This document shows positions 27,690-38,148 of a stretch of 64,000 bases of DNA, piece by piece. The notes below the pieces were generated by a model. That model searched no databases, was not told the DNA's origin, and saw only the letters and a list, made by a program, of their open reading frames with translations. The stretch spans positions 2,278 through 66,277 of the forward strand of contig CANCYS010000006.1 of NCBI GenBank assembly GCA_947382485.1, written 5' to 3'. The first letter of the stretch is position 1. Each line of letters begins with the position of its first letter. This stretch comes from an uncultured Clostridia bacterium (GTDB lineage Bacteria > Bacillota > Clostridia > Christensenellales > UBA1242). The position numbers and the translations under genes are program-made.

Positions 27690-28997
27690 ATGTCAAATTT
27701 GTTTAGTGAGAATGTAAAAAAACTTGCACCGCTTGCTGACAGACTTAGACCTGAATCATTAGATGAATTCATTGGTCAAGAACATATTGTTGGCAAAAAT
27801 TCTTTTTTGCGTAGGGCAATCATGATGGACAGACTTGGTAGTTGTATTTTTTATGGTCCTCCTGGAACAGGAAAAACTACATTAGCCTCTATTATTGCCA
27901 ACCAAACTAATAGTTACTTTGTTAAACTTAACGCTGTATCATCTGGTGTTGCCGAAGTTAAACAAGTTATTGCAGATGCAAAATCAAACATGGAACTTTT
28001 TTCAAAAAAAACTTATCTGCTTTTAGACGAATGTCACAGATGGAACAAAGCACAATCTGACAGTATGCTTGAAGCAATTGAAAAAGGTTATATTATTTTT
28101 ATTGGTGCAACAACAGAAAATCCATTTGTTTCAATGACAAGAGCAATTGTTTCAAGATGTAGAGTTTTTGGATTTAAACCACTTTCAAAAGAAAATATTT
28201 TAACCGCAATAGACAGAGCACTTTCTGATAAAAAGAAAGGGTTTGGAAATATTGACATAAATATGTCAGATGAAGCAAAAAATATTTTTGCAAACACTTC
28301 TGGTGGAGATGCAAGAATTGCACTTGGAAATTTGGAAATTGCTGTTCTTTCATCAGAAAAAGAAAATGGAACTATTGTTATTAATGAAACTGTTGCAAAA
28401 GAAATTTGTGCAAACAACAATAACAGCATTGACTCAGACATTTATTATGATATGCTTTCAGCATTTTGCAAAAGTTTAAGAGGAAGCGATGCCGATGCAG
28501 CTCTTTACTGGGCACATAGATTGATTAATGCTGGTTGCGACCCTATGCTAATTTTCAGAAGAATGATGGCACATGCTAGTGAAGATATTGGACTCGCAAA
28601 TTCAAATGCACTTTCTGTCGCAGTCAATGCTTGTACGGCATATCAAAACATGGGAGTTCCAGAAGGATTGATTCCAATGTCTCATGCAATAATTTATATT
28701 TGTATGAGTCCTAAATCAAATTCTGTTATAACTGCAATGTATGCTTGTGAAGAAGATGTAAAAAACACATATACAGGTAGCGTTCCAGACCATTTGAAAA
28801 ATTATAATTATTTAAAAGAAAAAAGAGAAAAATATAAATATCCACACAGCTATGGTGGCTATGTCGAGCAACAATATTTACCAGATGAAATTAAAGACCA
28901 TGTTTATTATAAACCTAGCAAAAATGGAAGTGAGGCTTCAATAAAACTTCCAGAATGGAAATTAAAAAATATACAAGATGAAGACACAAAAAAGTAG
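27690..28997 (+). CDS. rarA: replication-associated recombination protein A (AAA+ ATPase)
   Basis: LRPESLDEFIGQEHIVG, Walker A GPPGTGKTT, Walker B LLLDECHRWNK, and an MgsA C-terminal domain. ATG 27690 was chosen over the GTG at 27678. Confidence 0.85.
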   Translation: MSNLFSENVKKLAPLADRLRPESLDEFIGQEHIVGKNSFLRRAIMMDRLGSCIFYGPPGTGKTTLASIIANQTNSYFVKLNAVSSGVAEVKQVIADAKSNMELFSKKTYLLLDECHRWNKAQSDSMLEAIEKGYIIFIGATTENPFVSMTRAIVSRCRVFGFKPLSKENILTAIDRALSDKKKGFGNIDINMSDEAKNIFANTSGGDARIALGNLEIAVLSSEKENGTIVINETVAKEICANNNNSIDSDIYYDMLSAFCKSLRGSDADAALYWAHRLINAGCDPMLIFRRMMAHASEDIGLANSNALSVAVNACTAYQNMGVPEGLIPMSHAIIYICMSPKSNSVITAMYACEEDVKNTYTGSVPDHLKNYNYLKEKREKYKYPHSYGGYVEQQYLPDEIKDHVYYKPSKNGSEASIKLPEWKLKNIQDEDTKK

Positions 28998-29005
28998 GAG
29001 AAGCA

Positions 29006-31201
29006 ATGATTACACCAGAAGAATTAGAGCAAGAAAAAAGTTATCTTAAAAAAGTAATTAACATTTTACAAGAAGAAATTGACAACTATAAACAAAGAGT
29101 AAAATCACTGTCAGACAACATTCAACAACAAATGAATTATGCTTGGGATAAAACAAATAGATTATCTGACACTGAATTTGTCTATGCTGTTGCAAATATA
29201 CAAAAACGCAGTGTTTATGCCGAAAACGCCAATAAAAAGGTTAATTTTTATCAAAAAATGTTAAATAATGCGTATTTTGCCAGAATTGACTTTAATGATG
29301 GAGAAGAAACTATACCTGTTTATATTGGAATTTCTTCACTTCAAAACGGTGATGACTTCTATGTTTATGACTGGCGTGCTCCAATATCAAGTATGTTTTA
29401 CAATAATGAAATTGGAAAGGCAAGTTATACAATTTCAACTGGTGACAAAGTCACTGGAACAATTAAACTAAAAAGACAATATCGAATCAGTGGCGGAGAA
29501 ATTAAAGAAGTTTTTGACACTGATATGCAAATTATTGATAACGTATTAAGAAACATTTTGTCAGCAAACGCCAACAATAAAATGAAAAATATTGTTAATA
29601 CAATTCAAAAAGAACAAAATGAAATTATACGAAAAAATGATGTTGATATTTTGATTATTCAAGGTCCTGCTGGAAGTGGAAAAACAAGCATTGCTCTTCA
29701 TAAAATTGCATACCTTTTATATGCAGAGCGTGACAAAATTAACAATACCAATTTAATGATTCTTTCACCAAACGAAATTTTTTCAAATTATATTTCAGAT
29801 GTTTTGCCTGAAATTGGAGAAGACAATGTGGTGAATGCAACATTTTTAGAATTTGCAAAAGCATATATCTCTGACTTTAAAATTATCACAAAAATTGAAG
29901 ACAATTATGAAATTGTTTATGCAAATCACAAAAATGAAATAGACAAAAAATTTAATGAACTTAAATTCAAATACGACAAATTTTATACAACAATTTTAGA
30001 AGATTATATTGAGCAAAATAAAGCAGAATTGTTAGGACTTGACCCAATTGAAATTAGCGAAGAAACTGTTATGTCTACTGAGGAAATCAATAAAATTATT
30101 TATTCCGTTCCAAACACTGGCGAAAGTTTATACTTGCTTGGAAAGAAAATTGTTGAAAAAGTTTACCTTGTTGCAAGCATGAAAACAAAAAAACTTGTTA
30201 CTCTTGAAAAACTAAAAAAACAAGCAATTGAAGGTTTATCAAAAATTAAACTTAAAGCAGCTGGATTATATAAAAAGTTATATGGAAACAAAGAAGATTT
30301 TATTAAATTTGTGACTGCTGAATATAAAAAACACAACCTAGAAAATGAACTTTCAAACTATAATCTTTCTGAAATTTTCGATATAACAAACAGCTATGTT
30401 TCAAAAGATATTCTCGAATATCAAGATGTTGCACCATTCATGTATTTAAAATCTCAAATTGTTGGTATAACTGCAAACAAAAATTTAAAATATGTTTTAA
30501 TTGATGAAGCACAGGATTATTCAATTTGTCAATATAAAATTTTATCAATGCTTTTTAAGGGTTCAAACATCACACTGCTTGGCGACCTTAATCAATCAAT
30601 CTTACCATTTAACGACTATACAAGTTATGATGATATCTTGTCATCAATAAAACTATGCAAACTAAACGCAAGTTCTGACAAAAGAAATCTAACAAAAACT
30701 TATAGGTCAACCTATGAAATTAACGAATTTGCTAAAAAGGTTTTAACATTAAATGAAAACTATTCTCAAATTGATAGACATGGCGAACAAGTTAAAATTT
30801 TTAGACAAGAAAAGTTTGATGCAAAGAAAATTGTTGATAGGGCAATAGAATTAAAAAAATCTTATAATACCGTTGCAATTATTTGCAAAAATATTGAAGA
30901 AACATTATTATATAATCAGATAATGAATCTTGATGAATACAAACATATTTTAAGGTTAGTCACAAAGAATGACAATGTATTCGTTGGCGAAAAAATCATG
31001 ATTATTCCATCTTATCTTGCAAAGGGTTTAGAGTTTGATGCTGTCGTAGTAAGCAATGCAAGTGATGAAGAATATAATGATACGGAAAGAAACCTGTTAT
31101 ATGTTGTTCTCACAAGAGCATTGCATAAACTTGAAATTTTTTACACAGGACAAATAACCAAATTGATTTTGGGAGAAAGTAATGAGCAGAAAAACAAATA
31201 A
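29006..31201 (+). CDS. helD: HelD-type helicase IV / RNA polymerase recycling ATPase
   Basis: The N-terminal YFARIDF....PVYIGISSL....YVYDWRAPISSMFY segment is characteristic of HelD. Also Walker A QGPAGSGKT and a UvrD-like C-terminus LLYVVLTRALHKL. Confidence 0.75.
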   Translation: MITPEELEQEKSYLKKVINILQEEIDNYKQRVKSLSDNIQQQMNYAWDKTNRLSDTEFVYAVANIQKRSVYAENANKKVNFYQKMLNNAYFARIDFNDGEETIPVYIGISSLQNGDDFYVYDWRAPISSMFYNNEIGKASYTISTGDKVTGTIKLKRQYRISGGEIKEVFDTDMQIIDNVLRNILSANANNKMKNIVNTIQKEQNEIIRKNDVDILIIQGPAGSGKTSIALHKIAYLLYAERDKINNTNLMILSPNEIFSNYISDVLPEIGEDNVVNATFLEFAKAYISDFKIITKIEDNYEIVYANHKNEIDKKFNELKFKYDKFYTTILEDYIEQNKAELLGLDPIEISEETVMSTEEINKIIYSVPNTGESLYLLGKKIVEKVYLVASMKTKKLVTLEKLKKQAIEGLSKIKLKAAGLYKKLYGNKEDFIKFVTAEYKKHNLENELSNYNLSEIFDITNSYVSKDILEYQDVAPFMYLKSQIVGITANKNLKYVLIDEAQDYSICQYKILSMLFKGSNITLLGDLNQSILPFNDYTSYDDILSSIKLCKLNASSDKRNLTKTYRSTYEINEFAKKVLTLNENYSQIDRHGEQVKIFRQEKFDAKKIVDRAIELKKSYNTVAIICKNIEETLLYNQIMNLDEYKHILRLVTKNDNVFVGEKIMIIPSYLAKGLEFDAVVVSNASDEEYNDTERNLLYVVLTRALHKLEIFYTGQITKLILGESNEQKNK

Positions 31202-32153
31202 AACTGTTATCAATCAAAGTTATCAGCGTAATTTGATAAGGTCATCATCATCGTCCAGTGTTGGAATAAACAACCATGACAGGCTTATCAGTGTTTATGG
31301 CAAAGACGCCGACCAAGTTGAATTTTTGACAAGATTAAAAAAACAATCAAAATTCACAATCTTTTGGTATATAACATTCATAATCCTTGGTGCTGTTTGT
31401 CTTGCACTTGATATTAAAGGATGGCTTTATGTTATTGACCTTTATGTTGTTATGCTTAACATAGACCTTGTTGCAAGAGGCAAAATATCTGGTATTTATG
31501 TCGGAATTGCAGAATGCGTGCTTTATGGTGTTATATGTTTCATCACTCAGCTTTATGGTGAAATTTTTAAAGTTTTGTGTATAAGCATTCCACTTAACAT
31601 TGTTTCAATTGTGAACTGGACAAAAAGTAAAAAGAAAAATGAAAAAGAAAAATATGCGGATACTGAACAAGACGTTGTTGTAAAAAAACTTAATAAAAAA
31701 CAAATCCTTGCATATTGGGGAATTGCCATTGGAGTTGCTGTTGCTTCATATTTCTTGCTTAAATATGTTCTTGGGCAAAAAACTGCAATTTTAATAAGCA
31801 CAATATCACTTGCAAACACAATTATAACAAAAATCTTAACCGCAAAAGGTTATATGCAATCATGGATACTCGCAATAACAGGTGACATAATTGGTATAAT
31901 CCTTTGGGGACAAACAATCATAACTGGCGGATTTGACCTTTCACAAATCTCAATGATAGTTCTATATCTTGCATGTTTCACAAACGATGTTTATGCGTTT
32001 AGACTTTGGAAGGGCATGTACAGAAAAATCACAGTTAATGGTGGTGTGCTTCTTGCAATGCGTGATGTGAAAATTAATAAAATCACAAAACTTAAAAGAA
32101 GATATAAAAACCTTTATTGGGATAAAGAAGTTGATATGACAAAAAATAGTTAG
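31182..32153 (+). CDS. pnuC: PnuC-family nicotinamide riboside transporter with an N-terminal extension
   Basis: LVARGKISGIYVGIAECVLYGVICFITQLYGE and NWTKSKK...QSWILAITGDIIGIILWG match the PnuC pattern. RBS GGGAGAAAG. Overlaps helD by 20 nt. Confidence 0.65.
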   Translation: MSRKTNKTVINQSYQRNLIRSSSSSSVGINNHDRLISVYGKDADQVEFLTRLKKQSKFTIFWYITFIILGAVCLALDIKGWLYVIDLYVVMLNIDLVARGKISGIYVGIAECVLYGVICFITQLYGEIFKVLCISIPLNIVSIVNWTKSKKKNEKEKYADTEQDVVVKKLNKKQILAYWGIAIGVAVASYFLLKYVLGQKTAILISTISLANTIITKILTAKGYMQSWILAITGDIIGIILWGQTIITGGFDLSQISMIVLYLACFTNDVYAFRLWKGMYRKITVNGGVLLAMRDVKINKITKLKRRYKNLYWDKEVDMTKNS

Positions 32154-32186
32154 AAAAAAATCACACAATTAAGTGTGATTTTTTTA
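32154..32186. terminator. bidirectional terminator between convergent genes
   Basis: A-run, AATCACAC, loop AATTAA, GTGTGATT, T-run. Confidence 0.75.
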
Positions 32187-32933
32187 TTTTATTACTCCTT
32201 CTAAACTAGTTGGAATATATGAATCAAAAATAATGTTGTCACAATACTCTTTAACACGCTTTTCTTCGTCAACACTTGTGATTGTGAAAGCAATAACAGG
32301 AATAACACCAAAATATTTTTTAACATAACGATTTGGCAAGTTTTCTGTTGCATAAACAATAAAGTTAGGTTCACTAATTTTTTTATTAAGCATCATTCGC
32401 TTTAATGCAAATCTTTTAATGCCAGTGATTTCTCTGTCTTCAAAGAAAGATGCAAGTTGACCACGTTTAATTTTTGGGGCATTCTTTTTAAACCATTCAA
32501 GGGTATACGGATTAAATGATTCAATAACATATTCGCCTTTATATTCTTGAAGAACTTTCCAAATTGCTTTTTCAATAACGCCAACTTTTCCATAATTTTT
32601 AATTTCAATTAAAATAGGAACTTTTCCATCAATAACACTAAGTGCTTCACGCAGAGTAGGGATTTTTTCCTTTGTTCCTGCAAGAGTTAATTTTGAAATA
32701 TCTTCATATTTACAATTTGAAATAAAACCATCTTTGCCAGTCATTCTTGCAAGTTTCTGGTCATGAAAAACAACTGGTGTTCCATCTGCTAAACAATTAA
32801 CATCAATTTCAATAGGGAGTTTATTTTTTACTGCATTTTTAAATGCTGCTATTGAGTTTTCTGGATACTTTTCATTAAACAATCCTCTATGAGCGATTGG
32901 GGTGGTTGCTATCCAAGATTCATAAATATTCAT
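32184..32933 (-). CDS. glycerophosphodiester phosphodiesterase
   Basis: IAHRGL..ENS..AF..A......IEIDV.....G.PVVFHD motif. ATG 32933 follows a GGAG RBS; the track start 32999 has none. Confidence 0.8.
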   Translation of the reverse strand: MNIYESWIATTPIAHRGLFNEKYPENSIAAFKNAVKNKLPIEIDVNCLADGTPVVFHDQKLARMTGKDGFISNCKYEDISKLTLAGTKEKIPTLREALSVIDGKVPILIEIKNYGKVGVIEKAIWKVLQEYKGEYVIESFNPYTLEWFKKNAPKIKRGQLASFFEDREITGIKRFALKRMMLNKKISEPNFIVYATENLPNRYVKKYFGVIPVIAFTITSVDEEKRVKEYCDNIIFDSYIPTSLEGVIK

Positions 32934-33129
32934 AGTTTCTCCATTTAGGCACGCAAAAAGATTGCGTTTCCGCTTATAATTAAAAATTATACTATACATA
33001 AAAATTCTTTGTCAAATTATTATGGCATATAATTTTTTGTTTAAATTACTATAATTTATGCTTCAAAAATATATTTTATATTTGATTTATTTACAAGTTT
33101 AGTCTAAAATCAATATATATGAGGTATTT

Positions 33130-34932
33130 ATGGATAAATCGCTAGAAAATATTCGCAATTTTTCAATTATCGCACACATCGACCATGGAAAGAGTACACT
33201 TGCAGACAGACTTATGGAATTCACAGGGACTGTTGCAAAAAGAGATAGCAAAGAGCAACTTCTTGACTCGATGGACATTGAAAGAGAACGTGGAATAACC
33301 ATCAAACTTGCACCTGTTACAATGAAATATGAAAAAGATGGAAAAGAATACATATTAAACTTAATAGACACACCAGGACATGTTGATTTTACATACGAAG
33401 TGTCAAGATCACTAGCTGCATGTGAAGGAGCACTTTTAATTGTAGATGCAACACAAGGTGTTCAAGCTCAAACACTTGCAAATTTCTATTTGGCTTTTGA
33501 AAATGATTTGGAAATTTTGCCAGTTATAAACAAAATGGATCTTCCATCTGCAAGACCAGATGAAGCAAAACTTGAAATAGAAAATGTTATAGGTATTCCA
33601 GCAGATGATGCACCATGTATTTCTGCAAAAACAGGTTTAAACATTAAAGATGTTTTAGACCAAATTGTTGATAAAGTTCCTGCACCAAAAGGAGATTGTA
33701 ACGCCCCTTTGCAAGCACTTATATTTGATAGTTACTATGACAATTATAAAGGTGCAGTATGTTTGGTTCGAATCAAAAATGGAAAAGTTAAAACTGGAAC
33801 GAAAATAAAAATGATTCAAACAGGAAAAGAGTTTGATGTTGTTGAAGTTGGTGTTTTCAAACCAAAAATCGAAAGAACAGAAGAACTTTCTGCTGGTGAT
33901 GTTGGATATATTGCTGCAAGTATCAAAACTGTGTCAGACATCAGTGTTGGTGACACAATAACCGAAACTGAACGAATGGCACAACCACTTCCTGGTTACA
34001 GACAAATTCAACCAGTTGTTTACTCTGGAATTTTCCCAATAGATGGTGAAAAATATAACACTCTAAAAGACTGTATTGAAAAAATTAAACTTTCTGATGC
34101 GTCTCTTGTATACACTCCTGAAACATCAAATGCACTAGGATATGGTTTTAGGTGTGGATTTTTAGGACTTTTACATCTTGAAATTATAAGTGAAAGGCTT
34201 GAAAGAGAATTTAATCTTGATGTAATCACAACAATGCCAAGTGTAACTTATAAAGTTTATAAAAATGATGGTACAATGTCTGAAATTTCAAATCCAAGTG
34301 AAATGCCAGATGCAGAAAATATAGATTATATTGAAGAGCCTTTTATTAAAGCAAATATTTACTCTCCGCCAGAATATGTTGGGGCAATAATGGATCTTTG
34401 CATAAACAAGCGTGGAATCTACAAAGATATGCAATACATCGCAGACAGCAGAGTTAAACTTGATTTTGACCTACCACTATGTGAAGTGGTCTACGACTTT
34501 TTTGATAAACTTAAATCATCAACACATGGCTATGCAAGTTTTGACTATGAAATAAGCGATTATAAAGAAAGCGATATGGTCAAAGTTGACATGCTTTTAA
34601 ACAGTGAATCATGCGACGCACTTTCGTTTATTGTTCACAGAACAAAAGCCTATGACAGGGCAAGAGCACTTGCAGAAAAACTCAAAGAAGTTGTTCCAAG
34701 ACAACTTTTTGAAATTCCAATTCAAGCCGTAATTGGAAGAAAAGTCATTGCAAGAGAAACAGTAAAAGCATTAAGAAAAGATGTTACTGCAAAATGTTAT
34801 GGTGGTGATGTCACTCGTAAACGAAAACTTCTTGAAAAACAAAAAGAAGGAAAAAAGAAGATGAAACGCTTTGGTAGTGTTGAACTTCCAAGTGAAGCAT
34901 TTTTAAGCATATTAAAAATGGATAATGATTAA
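33130..34932 (+). CDS. lepA: translation elongation factor 4
   Basis: [20 protein letters not shown] and DTPGHVDF GTPase motifs. 600 aa. lepA-hemW-hrcA synteny. Confidence 0.95.
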   Translation: MDKSLENIRNFSIIAHIDHGKSTLADRLMEFTGTVAKRDSKEQLLDSMDIERERGITIKLAPVTMKYEKDGKEYILNLIDTPGHVDFTYEVSRSLAACEGALLIVDATQGVQAQTLANFYLAFENDLEILPVINKMDLPSARPDEAKLEIENVIGIPADDAPCISAKTGLNIKDVLDQIVDKVPAPKGDCNAPLQALIFDSYYDNYKGAVCLVRIKNGKVKTGTKIKMIQTGKEFDVVEVGVFKPKIERTEELSAGDVGYIAASIKTVSDISVGDTITETERMAQPLPGYRQIQPVVYSGIFPIDGEKYNTLKDCIEKIKLSDASLVYTPETSNALGYGFRCGFLGLLHLEIISERLEREFNLDVITTMPSVTYKVYKNDGTMSEISNPSEMPDAENIDYIEEPFIKANIYSPPEYVGAIMDLCINKRGIYKDMQYIADSRVKLDFDLPLCEVVYDFFDKLKSSTHGYASFDYEISDYKESDMVKVDMLLNSESCDALSFIVHRTKAYDRARALAEKLKEVVPRQLFEIPIQAVIGRKVIARETVKALRKDVTAKCYGGDVTRKRKLLEKQKEGKKKMKRFGSVELPSEAFLSILKMDND

Positions 34933-34992
34933 TAGTTAAAACAAACCACCTTTAATATTTAACTAAATAAGCAAACTTATGATGTTTTGCTA

Positions 34993-35020
34993 TTGACAAA
35001 ATTTGAAAGTTCTTTAAAAT
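34993..35020 (+). promoter_or_regulatory. sigma-A type promoter upstream of hemW
   Basis: TTGACA, 16 nt spacer, TAAAAT. Confidence 0.45.
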
Positions 35021-35041
35021 AGATATGGTAGGAGAATTTTA

Positions 35042-36232
35042 ATGTCTATTAATAAAGTAGGTTTAAGCATAACTGAAACATCAGGGAAAAAAAGTTTGAG
35101 TATTTATATTCATATTCCTTTTTGTGGCTCAAAATGTGCATATTGTTCATTTGTTTCAGTTGTAGGTTCTCCCGAAGATAAAAAAAGATATTTTGCAGCA
35201 CTTTTAACAGAAATCTCAATTCAATCAAAAAAATATCGTGAATTTTACTCTGTTTCAAGCATCTACATTGGTGGAGGAACACCATCTTGCATGGATTATT
35301 ACTTAATTCGTGACTTGCTTTCAAATATTTATAAAAATTTTGCAGTAAAAAATTCTGCTGAAATCACTATTGAACTTAATCCAAATACCGTAGATAAAAC
35401 TAAAATTCGTGAATACATTCTTTCTGGCGTAAATAGATTTAGCATTGGGTTGCAATCAACCTCATCAAAAATTTTGAAAGCCATGGGAAGAACACACACT
35501 GTTGAAGACTATGAAGAACTCGTTGGAATAATAAAAGATTATGGTATAAAAAATATCAGCACAGACATTATAATTGGTTATCCTGGGCAAAAACTTGTTG
35601 ATGTCAAAGATACTATTGATTATTTAATTAGTCTTGAAATTCCACATATTTCAGTTTATATGTTATCTGTTGAAGAGGGCACAAGACTAAAAAAACTTGT
35701 AGACAATGGCTCAGTTGGACTTCCAGATGAAGATTTGGTTATTCAAATGTATAATGAAGTTTATGACAGACTTTCTGACGAAGGATACACTCGCTATGAA
35801 TTTTCCAATTTTTCATTACCAACTTTTGAATCATTTCATAACAGAGTATATTGGAATAGAAAAGACTATCTCGGAATGGGGCTTGCAGCACATTCATATA
35901 TAGACGGAACAAGATTTGCAAACACAGAAAATATTATTGAATATGCAAGAGAACTTGAAACCAACAAAACACTTCCTGTTTCAATGTCAAAAACACTTTC
36001 AGATGATGAAAAGAAAGAAGAAATGATTATGCTTTCACTCAGAACAAAAGATGGTTTTGATATAAATGAATATAAAAGATTATTTAACGAAAATTTTCTA
36101 GCAAAGAAAAAAGAAAAACTAACAATGCTAATAACAGAAGGATATATGCTTCTTACACCAGAGAATAGACTTGTGTGTACAGATAAAGGATTTCTTGTTT
36201 TAAATAGAATCGTTCTAGACTTAATTGATTAA
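35042..36232 (+). CDS. hemW: radical SAM heme chaperone HemW (HemN-like)
   Basis: IHIPFCGSKCAYCSF is a CxxxCxxC radical SAM motif. Position between lepA and hrcA fits. Confidence 0.85.
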   Translation: MSINKVGLSITETSGKKSLSIYIHIPFCGSKCAYCSFVSVVGSPEDKKRYFAALLTEISIQSKKYREFYSVSSIYIGGGTPSCMDYYLIRDLLSNIYKNFAVKNSAEITIELNPNTVDKTKIREYILSGVNRFSIGLQSTSSKILKAMGRTHTVEDYEELVGIIKDYGIKNISTDIIIGYPGQKLVDVKDTIDYLISLEIPHISVYMLSVEEGTRLKKLVDNGSVGLPDEDLVIQMYNEVYDRLSDEGYTRYEFSNFSLPTFESFHNRVYWNRKDYLGMGLAAHSYIDGTRFANTENIIEYARELETNKTLPVSMSKTLSDDEKKEEMIMLSLRTKDGFDINEYKRLFNENFLAKKKEKLTMLITEGYMLLTPENRLVCTDKGFLVLNRIVLDLID

Positions 36233-36257
36233 ACCTTAACAATATAAACTTTATATA

Positions 36258-36290
36258 AACCAAGCAAAAAATGCTTGGTTTTATTTTTTA
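36258..36290 (+). terminator. rho-independent terminator
   Basis: AACCAAGCA, loop AAAAA, TGCTTGGTT, then TTATTTTTT. Confidence 0.8.
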
Positions 36291-36308
36291 AATTTTGTCA
36301 TAAAACAG

Positions 36309-36337
36309 TTGACAAAAATTATTAGCAGTAATAATAT
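36309..36337 (+). promoter_or_regulatory. sigma-A promoter of the hrcA-grpE-dnaK-dnaJ operon
   Basis: TTGACA, 17 nt spacer, TAATAT, immediately followed by CIRCE. Confidence 0.7.
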
Positions 36338-36345
36338 ATACACTG

Positions 36346-36372
36346 TTAGCACTCTAAAACAAAGATTGCTAA
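36346..36372 (+). promoter_or_regulatory. CIRCE operator (HrcA binding site), one mismatch
   Basis: TTAGCACTC-N9-GATTGCTAA against the consensus TTAGCACTC-N9-GAGTGCTAA. Confidence 0.8.
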
Positions 36373-36425
36373 AAATACGTATAAATTTTGCTTGGTTTGT
36401 ATATAATACATACAAAGAGGTTCAA

Positions 36426-37454
36426 ATGGAATTAAGCGAAAGAAAGAAAAAAATATTAAGTGCAGTTGTTGAAACCAACGTAAAAAGCAAAAAAGGTGAG
36501 GCTGTTTCAAGTAAACAACTTCAAGAAGAATATCTTCCGTCACTCAGTTCTGCAACAATCAGAAATGAACTTAATGCACTTGAAGAAATGGGTTATCTAA
36601 CACATCTTCACACATCATCAGGAAGAGTTCCGACAAAAGAAGGCTATGAAAAATATATCAACGAACTCATGCATGAAAAAAGATTATCAGTTAAAGATAA
36701 AGAATTGATTCAATCAAACTTTGCAAAAAAACTTGTTAGTATCAAAGATATCATAGACAGGTCTGCAAAAACAATTTCTAATGCAACCAACTACACTTCA
36801 ATAGTTTATTCAGACACTTCAAACGAACTTATCATTAAAGACATAAAACTTTATCCAGTCAGCAAAACAACACAACTTGTTGTTGTTGTTACAAATGAAA
36901 AGGTTATTAATGAACTCGCTGACCTAGGAACAAACGAAGAAGATGATCTTAAAACAGCAAATGATATTTTGAATGATTTGTTCATTGGAAAACCAATTTC
37001 ACAAATAACAAATAAAGCATTTAGAAATAAAATTGTTAGTAAAGAACTAAACAAATATAAAACTGTATTTGATAAAATTTTAGAAATAATTGAATCTAAT
37101 GAAAAAGAAGTTACAAAAAATTTAAGTATTGTTGGAAAAGATAAATTAATGGAATATCCAGAATTTAATGACCTCCAAAAATTTAAAAAAGCAGTAACAT
37201 TATTTGAAAATTCAAACTCAATTATTCCTCTAATTGAATCAGGAAATGACCTTGAAGTATCTATCAAAATTGGCAGTGATGACACAGGTCTTGAAGATTG
37301 TTCACTTGTAACAGTTTCATGTAATATTTTTGGAGCAACAAAAATCACTGCTGGCGTTATTGGTCCAATGCGTATGGACTATCCAAAAGCCATATCTGTT
37401 TTAAAAGAGGTTGCTGAAACAATAGAAAATAGTTTAAACGACGAAGGAGAGTAA
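36426..37454 (+). CDS. hrcA: heat-inducible transcription repressor HrcA
   Basis: MELSERKKKILSAVVE... is a typical HrcA N-terminus. RBS AGAGG. The track start 36309 would run through the promoter and CIRCE. Confidence 0.9.
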   Translation: MELSERKKKILSAVVETNVKSKKGEAVSSKQLQEEYLPSLSSATIRNELNALEEMGYLTHLHTSSGRVPTKEGYEKYINELMHEKRLSVKDKELIQSNFAKKLVSIKDIIDRSAKTISNATNYTSIVYSDTSNELIIKDIKLYPVSKTTQLVVVVTNEKVINELADLGTNEEDDLKTANDILNDLFIGKPISQITNKAFRNKIVSKELNKYKTVFDKILEIIESNEKEVTKNLSIVGKDKLMEYPEFNDLQKFKKAVTLFENSNSIIPLIESGNDLEVSIKIGSDDTGLEDCSLVTVSCNIFGATKITAGVIGPMRMDYPKAISVLKEVAETIENSLNDEGE

Positions 37455-37455
37455 T

Positions 37456-38049
37456 GTGGACAAAAATAAAACAAACTTAAAAGAAGATAATGAAAAGCAT
37501 TGCAAAAAGGAAGAAAAAGATTGTTCTTCAAAAAATTGCGATAAAATGCTTAAAGAACTTGAAACTGAAATTGAAAACTTAAACAAAGAAATTAATGAAC
37601 ATAAAACAAAAGAAAGTCAATATTTAAGTACTGCATCATATTATAAGAATGAAGCAGAAAACTGCAAAAAAGACTTTGAAAGATACAAAGAACGCAATAA
37701 AACCATTGAAATTGACGCAAAAATGAAAGCAAATGAAGAAGTTGCATTAAAATTATTACCAGTTATTGATAACTTTGACCAAGCAATTTCACATGTTGAT
37801 GCTGACACAATGAAAGGTTTTTCAATGATATATGTGTCACTCACAAATGTTCTTTCTGACCTTGGCATAGTTGAAATCAAATGTGCTGGTGAAATGCTTA
37901 ATGGAGAATATCATAACTGCATAAGTACAGAACCAACTGATGACGAAACAAAAGAAGGCATGATTGCCACAGTTTATCAAAAAGGCTATAAGTTTGCAGA
38001 TAGCAACAAAGTTGTTAGAACTGCAACTGTTAGTGTTTATAAAAAATAA
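37456..38049 (+). CDS. grpE: nucleotide exchange factor GrpE
   Basis: GTG start follows GAAGGAGAG. Coiled-coil N-terminus and a C-terminus of the form LLPVIDNFDQA...VYQKGYKF....VVRTATVSV. Confidence 0.9.
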   Translation: MDKNKTNLKEDNEKHCKKEEKDCSSKNCDKMLKELETEIENLNKEINEHKTKESQYLSTASYYKNEAENCKKDFERYKERNKTIEIDAKMKANEEVALKLLPVIDNFDQAISHVDADTMKGFSMIYVSLTNVLSDLGIVEIKCAGEMLNGEYHNCISTEPTDDETKEGMIATVYQKGYKFADSNKVVRTATVSVYKK

Positions 38050-38148
38050 TTTTATAAACTTATAAATCAGCTAATCATAGAGACAAAATTGTAACATTAA
38101 CATTAAATTAATTATTATAAAATCATAACGAAATAAGGAGAATTTATT

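Noticed and set aside
36851-37348. The 165-aa antisense ORF inside hrcA, plus similar long antisense ORFs: 11265-11630, 25984-26358, 28088-28441, 39522-39872, 45757-46164 and 41799-42041.
   Set aside because: All are S/F/L/I-rich mirror frames of well-supported genes in an AT-rich genome. None has an RBS or a recognisable motif.
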